Positions 50,058 through 59,032 of a stretch of DNA of 64,000 nt are shown piece by piece (position 1 is the first letter of the stretch; each line of letters starts with the position of its first letter). Under the pieces are notes generated by a model. It was not told the origin of the DNA. It ran no database searches and saw only the letters and a program-made list of their open reading frames with translations. The position numbers and the translations under genes were made by a program. The stretch is from Candidatus Brocadiia bacterium (GTDB lineage: Bacteria; Planctomycetota; Brocadiia; CAIUPP01), in contig JBEKCB010000004.1 in assembly GCA_050015075.1 (NCBI GenBank), positions 64,001 through 128,000 of the forward strand, given 5' to 3'.

Positions 50058-52175
50058 GTGAAGTACCTCCCTTTCGTCAGCGCGGCGCTGCTCCTCGCGA
50101 GCGCCTGTCCTGCATGGGCGCTGGAACCCGCCAATCTCAAGGCCGACGCGCAGGCCCGCGCGATCCTCAATTACCTGGAGAGGCTTCCGCGGCAGGCCGA
50201 CAAGAGGCTGCTCTCGGGGCAGTTCATTAATTTCGGCCCTTCCGCCAAGCTGGAGATCTGCTCGGAGATCCACGATAAGACGGGCCACTGGCCGGCGATC
50301 ATCGGCTTGGACTACGCCGACTTCGCCAGGGGCGGCCTGGTGTACAAGACCGTCAACCGCCTGGCCGTCGAGTACGCCCGGCAAGGCGGCCTGATCACCA
50401 TCTCCGCGCACCTCTACAACCCGGCGAATCCCAACGGCGGCGGCCTCCGCGACGAGGGTGTGGACCTGCAGAAACTCCTCTCGCCCGGCAACGACGCCCA
50501 TGACCGCTGGATGAAGGAACTGGACACCCTCGCCGCCGGGCTGAAGGAGTTGCAGGACGCCGGCGTGGTCGTCCTTTGGCGGCCGTTCCACGAGATGAAC
50601 GGCGGCTGGTTCTGGTGGGGCGCGAAGGACCCCGAGACCTTCATCCGCCTCTGGCGGCACATGTTCGATTACTTCACCGGGACCAAGGGCTTGAACAACC
50701 TGCTATGGGTCTACTCGCCCAACCACGGCGACAAGACCGCCGACTACTATGCCGGGGACCAGTACGTGGACATCGTCGGCCTCGACGCCTACACGGATTT
50801 TGTGGACCCGCAGCACATTCGCGGCTACGACGCCGTGGCCGAGCTGCCCAAACCGTTCGCCTTCACCGAGTTCGGCCCGCATGGCCCGCAAGACCCGCCG
50901 GGCGACTACGATTACCTCCGCTTCATCGGCGGCGTCGAGAAGTATTTTCCCAAGACGACTTTCTTTCTCGCCTGGAACGACAAATGGAGTCTCGCCCGGA
51001 ACCGGAACGTGAAGCAACTCCTGGAGCATCCCTGGCTGGTCAACCGCGAGGACCTGCCTGAAGCGCTGGCACCGCAGCACGCCAGTCCCTACGCGCAATG
51101 GAAGAACGGGCCGCCGAAGGATGACTCGTACTTCCCCATCGCCGTGTGGGACCAGGAGCCCAGTCATGCGGCCGAGTACCGGAAGGCGGGCATCAATCTC
51201 TACATCGGACTGTGGGACGGGCCGACCGAGGCCCAGCTCGCCGAGCTCAAGAAATGCGGGATGCCGGTCATCTGCGACCAGAATGCCGTGGGCCTGGCTC
51301 ACAAGGATGATCCGATCATTGTCGGCTGGATACGCGGCGATGAGCCCGACAACGCCCAGCCGCTCCCGGCCGGCGGCGGCTACGGACCGCCCATACTGCC
51401 GGCGAAAATCGTGGAGCAATACGAGGCGATGCGCACGGCGGATCCCTCGCGCCCGGTGCTCCTCTGGCTCGGCTTGGGCGTGGCCTGGGATGGCTGGTTC
51501 GGCCGCGGCGTGCGCACCAATCACCCCGAGGACTACGCGGAGTACGTCAAGGGGTGCGACATCGCCGCGTTCGACATCTACCCCGTGGCGGACCCGCGCC
51601 CGGAGTTCGCAGGCAAGCTGGATTTCGTCGGCCGGGGCGTGGAGCGGCTGGTCCAGTGGACTGACGGACGCCAGCCCGTCTGGGATTCCATCGAGTGCAC
51701 GCGCATCAATTCGGGCGCCAGGCCGACGCCGAAGCAGGTCAAGGCGGAAGTCTGGATCAGCCTGGTGCATGGCAGCCGCGGAATCAAGTATTTCTGCCAT
51801 GAATGGAAGCCCAAGTTCAACGATCACGCGCTTCTCGACGACCCCGATATGCTCGCTGCGGTGACGGCGATCAACCGGCAGATTCGGGAACTCGCGCCTG
51901 CGCTGAACAGCCCCACCGTCAAGGACGCGCTCAAGGTGAAATCCTCGAACAAGGACGTGCCGGTGGCCACCATGGTCAAGAAGGAAGGCGGCGCGATGTA
52001 CGTCTTTGCCGTCGCCATGGGGCCCGGCGAAACGGAAGCCGCCTTCACCCTCGACGGCCTCCCCGCCGGCGCGCAGGTCGAAGTCCTCGGCGAATACCGG
52101 AAGGTCGAGCCGGCGGATGGCAAGTTTCAGGACCGCTTTTGCGACTGGGATGTGCATCTCTACCAGATCAGGTAG
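50058..52175 (+). CDS. GH26 (mannanase-like) domain fused to array copy 10
   Basis: Signal peptide, WRPFHEMNGGWFWWG, PFAFTEFGP; from ~51081 the array domain lacking its own signal peptide; GGAGAG RBS before GTG. Confidence 0.9.
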   Translation: MKYLPFVSAALLLASACPAWALEPANLKADAQARAILNYLERLPRQADKRLLSGQFINFGPSAKLEICSEIHDKTGHWPAIIGLDYADFARGGLVYKTVNRLAVEYARQGGLITISAHLYNPANPNGGGLRDEGVDLQKLLSPGNDAHDRWMKELDTLAAGLKELQDAGVVVLWRPFHEMNGGWFWWGAKDPETFIRLWRHMFDYFTGTKGLNNLLWVYSPNHGDKTADYYAGDQYVDIVGLDAYTDFVDPQHIRGYDAVAELPKPFAFTEFGPHGPQDPPGDYDYLRFIGGVEKYFPKTTFFLAWNDKWSLARNRNVKQLLEHPWLVNREDLPEALAPQHASPYAQWKNGPPKDDSYFPIAVWDQEPSHAAEYRKAGINLYIGLWDGPTEAQLAELKKCGMPVICDQNAVGLAHKDDPIIVGWIRGDEPDNAQPLPAGGGYGPPILPAKIVEQYEAMRTADPSRPVLLWLGLGVAWDGWFGRGVRTNHPEDYAEYVKGCDIAAFDIYPVADPRPEFAGKLDFVGRGVERLVQWTDGRQPVWDSIECTRINSGARPTPKQVKAEVWISLVHGSRGIKYFCHEWKPKFNDHALLDDPDMLAAVTAINRQIRELAPALNSPTVKDALKVKSSNKDVPVATMVKKEGGAMYVFAVAMGPGETEAAFTLDGLPAGAQVEVLGEYRKVEPADGKFQDRFCDWDVHLYQIR

Positions 52176-52281
52176 AGCGCCTCCGCGCTGAGTTGCGCGC
52201 TCGGCGGACCCGTGGTACGATTCAGATGCAAGTTCCGTGCAGGTCCGGCCGCTTTACTCCGAGTTGATGAAAGGCAAAACG

Positions 52282-53517
52282 ATGCTGCGAAAGAATCTGC
52301 CGGTCGGTTTGCTGCTGGCTGCCGCAATGCTGGCGGCTCCCGCCTTCGGCGCCGATGCTGAGAAAGCCGGCCTTGATCCGGCCACGAGAAAAGAGGCGCT
52401 GAAAGCCATCGAGGGTGGCGTGCAGTGGCTCAAGAGCTGCCAAAAGGAGGACGGCTCCTGGTCGTTGAAGCAGTACCCGGCCATCACCGCCCTGGCGGCG
52501 CGGGCGATCCTCGAAGACCCGTCGCGTCCGGTGAACCAGATGGACCCGGCCGCCGAAAAGGGGCTCGCGTATGTCGCCTCGTGCGCACGCCCGGACGGCG
52601 GCATCTACTGCCAGGTCCCCGTCGAAAAAGGCGGCAGCCAGGCGAACTACAACACCGCCGCCTCGCTGATCGGGATCGCCGCGGCGCACGAGACCGAGTA
52701 CGAGCCGCTCATCCGCGCCGCGCGCAGCTACCTCATACACACTCAGCATCTCGAGAAGGACGACTACTACGGCGGCTGGGGCTATGACGCCAGCCGCAAG
52801 GACCCGCACGCGGACATGAGCAACACCGGATTCACGATGCAGGCGCTGTACGTCACCGCGCGCCCGCCGAAGCCGGCCGAGACCGCCAAGCCGGCGCAGA
52901 CCGAGACACCGCCGCCTGAAGCGGTTCCCGACGATCCGAACTGGGCAGCGGCGACGGCGTTCCTCTCCCATTGCCAGAACCTGGCGTCCGATGCCGAGAA
53001 GGAGCGGGCGGTGAGCAAGCTGCCGCGGGACGTCGGCGGATTCCATTATCATCCCAATGCCAGCATGGCCGGCGGCGAGCTGGATGAGGACGGGCGGCAG
53101 ATCTGGCATTCCTATGGCAACGCCACGGCGCTTGGGCTGGAGTGTCTCCTCGAGGCCCACGTGGACCGCAAGGACCCGCGCGTCGCCGCGACGGTCAACT
53201 GGCTCCGCTCGAACTATAACCTCGCTGAGCATCCCGGCGGCATGGGCAAGTCGGGATTGTATTTCTTCTACCACACCCTCGCGCGGGCGCTCTCGATGTA
53301 CGGCGAAGAGCCGCTGAAGCGCGCGGACCAGCCGGCGGCGGACTGGCGGCGCGGGCTGATCGAGAAGCTCGTCGCCCTGCAGCGCACCGACCCGCAGACC
53401 GGCCGGAAGTACTGGGTCAACGACGACGCGCGCTGGATGGAGAACGACCCCGTGCTCGTCACCGCCTACAGCGTGCTGGCGCTCGAGACGCTCGTGAAGG
53501 CGCCGCAGAAACAGTGA
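52282..53517 (+). CDS. Secreted prenyltransferase/squalene-cyclase-repeat (alpha/alpha barrel) protein
   Basis: QW-like repeats WLKSCQKEDGSW, GGWGY, DMSNT, GGFHY; signal peptide. Confidence 0.85.
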   Translation: MLRKNLPVGLLLAAAMLAAPAFGADAEKAGLDPATRKEALKAIEGGVQWLKSCQKEDGSWSLKQYPAITALAARAILEDPSRPVNQMDPAAEKGLAYVASCARPDGGIYCQVPVEKGGSQANYNTAASLIGIAAAHETEYEPLIRAARSYLIHTQHLEKDDYYGGWGYDASRKDPHADMSNTGFTMQALYVTARPPKPAETAKPAQTETPPPEAVPDDPNWAAATAFLSHCQNLASDAEKERAVSKLPRDVGGFHYHPNASMAGGELDEDGRQIWHSYGNATALGLECLLEAHVDRKDPRVAATVNWLRSNYNLAEHPGGMGKSGLYFFYHTLARALSMYGEEPLKRADQPAADWRRGLIEKLVALQRTDPQTGRKYWVNDDARWMENDPVLVTAYSVLALETLVKAPQKQ

Positions 53518-53551
53518 ACCGGGTCAGCAACTCGTTGAAGAAGCCGTTTCC

Positions 53552-53642
53552 TTTGTCACTCTGAGCGCAGCGAAGAGTCTCACACCCCTGGTCCCGCTTG
53601 CGCCAGAGGTGTGAGATTCCTCACTTCGTTCGGAATGACAAA
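53552..53642. repeat. REP/MITE-like hairpin between convergent genes
   Basis: TTTGTCACTCTGAGCGCAGCGAAGAGTCTC ... GAGATTCCTCACTTCGTTCGGAATGACAAA; second copy at 58850. Confidence 0.8.
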
Positions 53643-53660
53643 TTCTGAACAGCCCGGCGG

Positions 53661-54611
53661 TTACTCCAGCGGCGTCACCTCAGTCATCTGGTCGTAGAAC
53701 CGGACGAAGTCGCTGTGGTCCGCGTCGGCCATGAACTTCATGGCGCTGCGCGGGTGCTCGTTGAGCGCTCCGGTGATCAGATACGGGATGTGATATCCCC
53801 ACTCGATAGACTTCTGCAGTGGCAGCAGATGCGACTGGATGACCGCCAGGACGGGGCGCAGGTCGAACTTCGGGTTCTTCAGGAAAGCCATGAGCAGCTC
53901 GATCGGGCAATTCCCGGCGCCGCGGCCGATGCCGTAGAGCGACCCATCCAGCCGGTTGCAATTTCGGATGATCGCCTCGATCGTGTTCGCGAACGCCAGT
54001 TGCTGGTTGTTGTGCCCGTGGAAACCCAGCGTCTTGCCCGGCAGCGCGGCGGTGCACTTCTTGACGAGTACGTCCACCTGCTCGCTGTACATGGCGCCGA
54101 AGCTGTCCACGATGTAGAAGACCGGCACGCGGCTCTTCGAGAGGTCGTTGAGCGCCTCGTCCAGGTCGCGCTCCATCACCTTGCTCATGGCCATCAGGTT
54201 GATCGTCGTCTCATACCCTTTGTCCATGCAATGCTCGGCCAGCGCGATCGCCTTGTCCATCTGGTTCACGTAACAGGCCACGCGGATCATGGATAACTGG
54301 CTCTCGCTCTTCGGCGGGATGTCGTCGAACTCGATGCGCCCGATGTCGGCCATGGCGGAGAGCTTCATCGCGGTCTTGTGGTCGCCGACGATCCGCCGCA
54401 GCGGCGCCTCGTCGCAGAACTTCCACGGGCCGTTCTCCTTGCGCGAGAAGGCGGCATCGGAGCTCTTGTAGCCGATCTCCATGTAATCCACCCCGGCGGC
54501 GGAAAGCGCCAGGTAGACCGCGCGCACGAATTCGTCCGTGAATTGCCAGTTGTTCATCAGCCCGCCGTCGCGGACCGTGCAATCCATCACCTTGATTTCG
54601 GGCCGATACAC
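53661..54611 (-). CDS. DRE-TIM aldolase (4-hydroxy-2-oxovalerate aldolase/HMGL-like catalytic domain)
   Basis: DCTVRDGG, VDSFG, GFHGHNN, GRGAGN. Confidence 0.88.
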   Translation of the reverse strand: MYRPEIKVMDCTVRDGGLMNNWQFTDEFVRAVYLALSAAGVDYMEIGYKSSDAAFSRKENGPWKFCDEAPLRRIVGDHKTAMKLSAMADIGRIEFDDIPPKSESQLSMIRVACYVNQMDKAIALAEHCMDKGYETTINLMAMSKVMERDLDEALNDLSKSRVPVFYIVDSFGAMYSEQVDVLVKKCTAALPGKTLGFHGHNNQQLAFANTIEAIIRNCNRLDGSLYGIGRGAGNCPIELLMAFLKNPKFDLRPVLAVIQSHLLPLQKSIEWGYHIPYLITGALNEHPRSAMKFMADADHSDFVRFYDQMTEVTPLE

Positions 54612-54732
54612 AGAATCCTCCCTTTCTCTAGACAGCTAGTCCTTACCACCAAGACACCAAGGCGCGAAGAACGGATGAGTGAGGAGTACGTATTACTGTA
54701 TACCGAATGGCAAATGCCGCGCAACACTTCGC

Positions 54733-55833
54733 TCACCCTTCCAGGTCCGCGAGCGCCTTCGCCAGGACGCCCGGATCCACGGCGCGGACGTATTCGCCCT
54801 TCTCCTCGCGCGCGTGTCCGACCCGGTCGAGCAGCACAAACCGCGGCCGCGCCTCGAGCGCCTTCTTATCGCGCGACATGATTTCCAGCAGCGCGCCGGC
54901 GTTGATCTCCGGCGGAAGCTTCGCCGGCATGCCGAGCTTTCCAAGCAGCGCGGCCGAGCGGCGGCGGACGCTTTCATCCGCCAGGCGAAATTCCTCCGCG
55001 ATGCGCGCTGCGGCCAGGATGCCCAGCGCCAGCGCTTCGCCGTGCAGCAGCCGGTAGCCGCTGGCCGATTCCACAGCGTGGCCGACCGTGTGCCCGTAAT
55101 TGAGAACGCGCCGCGCGCCCTGCTCCTCGACATCCTGCTCCACGACGCGGGCCTTGATCGTGACATTGCGCTCGGCGACCGATTCAAGCGCCGCCGGATC
55201 GCGGGCCAGCAGCTCGTCCAGGTGCATCTCCAGGTACTCGAAATAAGCGGGGTCCGCGATCATCGCGTGCTTCACCGATTCCACCAGCCCCGCGCGGTAA
55301 GCCCGTTCGTCAAGCGTGGCCAGCGTCGCAACATCCACGTACACGCGCGCCGGCTGCTTGAAGACGCCGTACGCGTTCTTCGACAGCCGCGAATCCACGC
55401 CGACCTTCCCGCCGACGGACGAATCCGCCTGCGCGACCGTGGTCGTCGGAACCTGGACGTACGGAACGCCGCGCTTGAAGATCGCCGCCGCGAAGCCGCC
55501 GATGTCGCCCACCGTCCCGCCGCCCAGCGCCACGAGCAGCGAATCGCGGCCGAACTTCAGCGACTCCATCGTTTCGAGGATATCCGTCACGGTCCCGATG
55601 TGCTTGGAGACTTCGCCCGGCGGGTCAATGACGTACTGTGCCATCGGCCGGTCGCCCGTCAGGGCCGCCGCGTGGCCCGCCGCGCGGACATTCGCGTCCG
55701 TCAGCAGAAAAACGCGCCGGCGCGGGTGCAGCCGCTGCGCGTCGGCGAGCACGTCGCCGAGCACGCCGCGCCCGATCAGCACCGAGTAACTCAGGTCGTC
55801 GCTGCGCACCAGCGACACGCGAACCTCGCGCAC
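54733..55833 (-). CDS. aroB: 3-dehydroquinate synthase
   Basis: GGGTVGDIGGF, PTT..AQADSSVGGK, KN..GVF.QP, LNYGHTVGHA, HGEA; GTG start with AGAGGAG RBS. Confidence 0.95.
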   Translation of the reverse strand: MREVRVSLVRSDDLSYSVLIGRGVLGDVLADAQRLHPRRRVFLLTDANVRAAGHAAALTGDRPMAQYVIDPPGEVSKHIGTVTDILETMESLKFGRDSLLVALGGGTVGDIGGFAAAIFKRGVPYVQVPTTTVAQADSSVGGKVGVDSRLSKNAYGVFKQPARVYVDVATLATLDERAYRAGLVESVKHAMIADPAYFEYLEMHLDELLARDPAALESVAERNVTIKARVVEQDVEEQGARRVLNYGHTVGHAVESASGYRLLHGEALALGILAAARIAEEFRLADESVRRRSAALLGKLGMPAKLPPEINAGALLEIMSRDKKALEARPRFVLLDRVGHAREEKGEYVRAVDPGVLAKALADLEG

Positions 55834-55966
55834 GGGCGAATCTCCTCTTCTCAATCTCGCAGTAGTAATCGGGCTCGTAACCGTAATCGGCGCCATCCAT
55901 CCACGCCGAGCGAAGGCCGAGTAAGATTGCGATGATGATTACGACGAACGATATGAAACAGGCTCT

Positions 55967-55995
55967 ATGGTAAGAGCGTTCCGTCCCGCTGTCAA
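55967..55995 (-). promoter_or_regulatory. sigma70 promoter for aroB
   Basis: Minus strand TTGACA-N17-TACCAT. Confidence 0.55.
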
Positions 55996-56271
55996 CAATC
56001 GCGGGCGACCTTCCGCCGCAGATTGAGATCCCGGCACTGCTGCATCCGACGGACCGCGTCGTCGCCGTCGCAACCCCAACGCGGCCGGGCTGTCAGAGAG
56101 TGTTCGTTTTCTACGCGCGGACTGGTCAAGTTTGCGACGTATGCGACGGCGTTTCCGAGCCTGCGGCACACTTATTCCGTTCACGCAGATGGTCAGAAGT
56201 CCTTATTGCCGTTCAATCTATAGCAATTATGTCTTCGTCGAAGACCAGTACAGACTCAACTTTTTCCGTTT

Positions 56272-56287
56272 CGGTACGATGATTGCT
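56272..56287 (+). promoter_or_regulatory. sigma54 (-24/-12) promoter of the pilin gene
   Basis: CGGTAC-GATGA-TTGCT, correct GG-N10-GC spacing, ~80 bp upstream of the pilin start. Confidence 0.65.
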
Positions 56288-56365
56288 TAGAGTGCAAGAG
56301 TCGGCGCGGGCGCTGTGGGCGTCCGGGCATTCTGGTTTTTGGCAATGTGCAGGAAAGGAGAGGCC

Positions 56366-56782
56366 GTGAAGAAGATTGTGCAGCAGATGCGGCGCGGGGG
56401 AGCGTTCACGTTGGTTGAGCTGATGATCGTGGTGACGATCGTGGCCATTCTGGCCTTGATCGCCATTCCGCTCTATTCGGCGAACACGACCGCCGCGATC
56501 ATGTCCGAGGGAGTCGCCGGCGCAGGCACGATCCGCACCGCGCTGCGGACCTATTACTCCCAGAACGGCAGCTACACTGGTGCGACGATGGGTACCCTTA
56601 CAATCGGCGCGGCCGACCTGCAAGGCAAGTATTTCGCGCAGACGGACTACTCGCTGCTCAACGTCACCGCCTCGACTTACACGATCCAGGCAGGGCCGCC
56701 TTCACAGACAACCAAGACGACCCAGTACTACCAGATCAACCAGCTCGGTTCGGAACTGGGCACGTATTACACGAACCAGTAG
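56366..56782 (+). CDS. Type IV pilin-like protein
   Basis: Basic leader, A/FTLVELMIVVTIVAILALIAIPLY N-methylation helix; AAGGAG RBS before GTG. Confidence 0.92.
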   Translation: MKKIVQQMRRGGAFTLVELMIVVTIVAILALIAIPLYSANTTAAIMSEGVAGAGTIRTALRTYYSQNGSYTGATMGTLTIGAADLQGKYFAQTDYSLLNVTASTYTIQAGPPSQTTKTTQYYQINQLGSELGTYYTNQ

Positions 56783-56800
56783 GGATGCCGGATTCGGGTA

Positions 56801-56858
56801 GAAGCCGGAAGACGGGATCGCTTCGCGGATGTCTGCGAGGATCTCCTCTTCCGGCTTC
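56801..56858. terminator. Hairpin between convergent genes, possible terminator
   Basis: GAAGCCGGAAGA ... TCTTCCGGCTTC perfect 12-bp arms; no U-tract. Confidence 0.5.
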
Positions 56859-56891
56859 GCTGCGTTGTGAGATGCAGCGCGGCCGGGAAAG

Positions 56892-57830
56892 CTAAGTCTT
56901 CCGCAGGATGTCCGCCCCGCCCTCGGCGATCTCGAGGACCGCCGCCACCAGCAGTTGCGCGCTGCGGAACACGTTCTCGAGGCTCACGCGTTCGGGGATG
57001 TCGCCGGGCAGATGGTACTCCTTATCGCCGCCGCCCCCCGTGTTCATCACCGTCGTAGTAAAGCCCGCCTTGATGTACATGCCATCGTCGTCATTCACAT
57101 GCGGCTTGAAGAACGTCCGCACGTCCAGGCCGATGTTGTAGCGGACCGCGCAAGTCGCGATCAAGTCGGCCAGGGGCCGGCCTTCGTCGGTGCTGTAGCC
57201 GATGGCGTGGATCAGCTTGCCGGCGGCCATCAGCTCGTCCGACTTGGAGTCCAGCCCGTCCACGTTCAGCACGGCGATGATGCGGTCGCCGCGCGCGGCG
57301 GCGGCTTCCGCCGCGGGGCGGCTGGTCCAGGGCCAATGTTCCTCGTTGCAGAAGAGCACGCGCACCGACCGCTTCAGATCGCACCCGGCCAGAACTCGCG
57401 CCACCTCCATATTGGCCACGGTGCCGGTGCAGTTGTCATGGGCGCCGGGCGAATCAATCCAGCTCATGGAGTCCTTGTGCGAGATCAACTGGATGAGCTC
57501 CTCGGGGTGCTCGCGGCCGGGATGGGTCGCCTGGAGGTTTGCCGCTTCGAACCATGGGTCGTTCGGTTCGGGCGGGGAGAACCACTGGTTGGGCGGCTGC
57601 TTGGTCCTGTCGCAGCGAAAGGCTTGCACCTTGTGCTGCGTCGTCGTCACCTCGTAACCGGCCGCCTCGAGCTGGCCGCGGATGTAGGCGTCGGCCTCGG
57701 CCAGCGAGTTGACGCTGCGGCCCGGCCGCGTGTAGTTCACTTTGCGGAACGGCAAGGGATCGCGGCAGAGATAGAAGAGGTCGCGGCGGATTCGGTCAGC
57801 GGACACTTTCTGAAGCGTGTCTCGGATCAT
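56892..57830 (-). CDS. M28-family metallopeptidase-like protein (full ligand set)
   Basis: SHKD, PGAHDN, NEEH, LNVDG, YH. Confidence 0.85.
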   Translation of the reverse strand: MIRDTLQKVSADRIRRDLFYLCRDPLPFRKVNYTRPGRSVNSLAEADAYIRGQLEAAGYEVTTTQHKVQAFRCDRTKQPPNQWFSPPEPNDPWFEAANLQATHPGREHPEELIQLISHKDSMSWIDSPGAHDNCTGTVANMEVARVLAGCDLKRSVRVLFCNEEHWPWTSRPAAEAAAARGDRIIAVLNVDGLDSKSDELMAAGKLIHAIGYSTDEGRPLADLIATCAVRYNIGLDVRTFFKPHVNDDDGMYIKAGFTTTVMNTGGGGDKEYHLPGDIPERVSLENVFRSAQLLVAAVLEIAEGGADILRKT

Positions 57831-58771
57831 GATTGAACCCTCTTTGGCAGGATGTTTGTGCCGCCCTCGACGATCTCGAGCACCGTCGCCAGCAGCAGTT
57901 GCGTGCTGCGCACGAGGTTCTCGAGGTTCACGCGTTCGGGGATGTCGCCGGACATGTGGTACTCCGAATCGCCGCCGCCGCCGGTGTTCATCACCGCGGT
58001 GCGGTAACCCGCCTTGATGTACATGCCGTCATCGCCATTCGGCTGCGGCTTGGCGAAGATCCGCACGTCCAGGCGGATGCCGTAGCGGGCCGCGCAAGCG
58101 GCGATGAAGTCGGCCAGCGGGTGGCCTTCATCGGTGCTGTAGGCGATGGAGTGGATCAGGTTCCCCACGAGCATGTCCTTGTCCGGCTTGTCATCCAGGC
58201 CGACCTGGTTCAGAACGGCGATGATGCGGTCGCCGCGGGCGGCGGCGGCTTCCGCTGCGAAGCGGCTGGTCCACGGCCAATGCTCCTCGTTGCAGAAAAG
58301 CACGCGCACCGACCGTTTCAGGTCGCAGCCGGCCAGAATCCGCGCCATCTCCAGGTTCGCCACGACGCCGGTGGCGTTGTCATGAGCGCCGGGCGAGTCA
58401 ATCCAGCTCTGGGAGTCCTTGGGCGAAATCAACTGGATGATCTCCTCGGGCTGTGCGCGGCCAAGCCGGGTCACCTCGAGGTTCGCCGCGTCATACCAGG
58501 GGTCGCTCGGGTCGGGCGGAGAGTACCAGTGATGCAGCGGCTTGGTCTTATCGCAGCGCCAGGCCTGCACCTTGTGGTGGGTCGTCGTCACGTCGTAGCC
58601 GGCCGATTTGAGCTGGCCGCTGATGTAGGCGTCGGCCTCGGCCAGCGAGTTGACACTCTGCCCAGGCCGGGTGTAGTTCACCTTGCGGAACGGCAAGGGA
58701 TCGCGGCTGAGGTAGAAAAGATCGCGGCGGATGCGGTCGGCGGACACTTTCTGAAGCGCATCTCCGATCAT
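57827..58771 (-). CDS. M28-family paralog with altered metal ligands
   Basis: Colinear duplicate of the neighbour; SPKD, PGAHDN, NEEH, LNQVG, YH. Confidence 0.85.
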   Translation of the reverse strand: MIGDALQKVSADRIRRDLFYLSRDPLPFRKVNYTRPGQSVNSLAEADAYISGQLKSAGYDVTTTHHKVQAWRCDKTKPLHHWYSPPDPSDPWYDAANLEVTRLGRAQPEEIIQLISPKDSQSWIDSPGAHDNATGVVANLEMARILAGCDLKRSVRVLFCNEEHWPWTSRFAAEAAAARGDRIIAVLNQVGLDDKPDKDMLVGNLIHSIAYSTDEGHPLADFIAACAARYGIRLDVRIFAKPQPNGDDGMYIKAGYRTAVMNTGGGGDSEYHMSGDIPERVNLENLVRSTQLLLATVLEIVEGGTNILPKRVQS

Positions 58772-58849
58772 GATTGAACTCTCCACAAGATTATGCGGTC
58801 GAATTGCGAGTATCTCGTTCAGGGATTAACACGCATAAGTCCAGACCGC

Positions 58850-58935
58850 GTCACCCTGAGCGCAGCGAAGGGTCTCATACCACAATCCGTTGCCTGCACG
58901 CAACGTATGAGATTCCTCGCTTCGCTCGGAATGAC
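58850..58935. repeat. REP/MITE-like hairpin (second copy)
   Basis: GTCACCCTGAGCGCAGCGAAGGGTCTC ... GAGATTCCTCGCTTCGCTCGGAATGAC. Confidence 0.8.
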
Positions 58936-59032
58936 CGCGCATTACACAACCTATCTTGAAACGCCACACTAGAGAGATCGGCGACTTCGAGGACGCGGCG
59001 CCACACATGACCGCCCTGCCCGGCGCGCGGCG

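Noticed and set aside
37101-52157. Repeated long antisense ORFs beginning MHVPVAE opposite each array gene
   Set aside because: Shadow frames caused by GC-rich codon bias and shared ancestry of the sense genes; no RBS or protein-like motifs
36882-52175. Diversity-generating retroelement as the cause of array variation
   Set aside because: No reverse transcriptase or template repeat in the window; differences include indels and are spread over many loops rather than one C-terminal variable region
52282-53517. Squalene-hopene cyclase
   Set aside because: Single barrel with a signal peptide and no DXDD motif (DMSNT instead)
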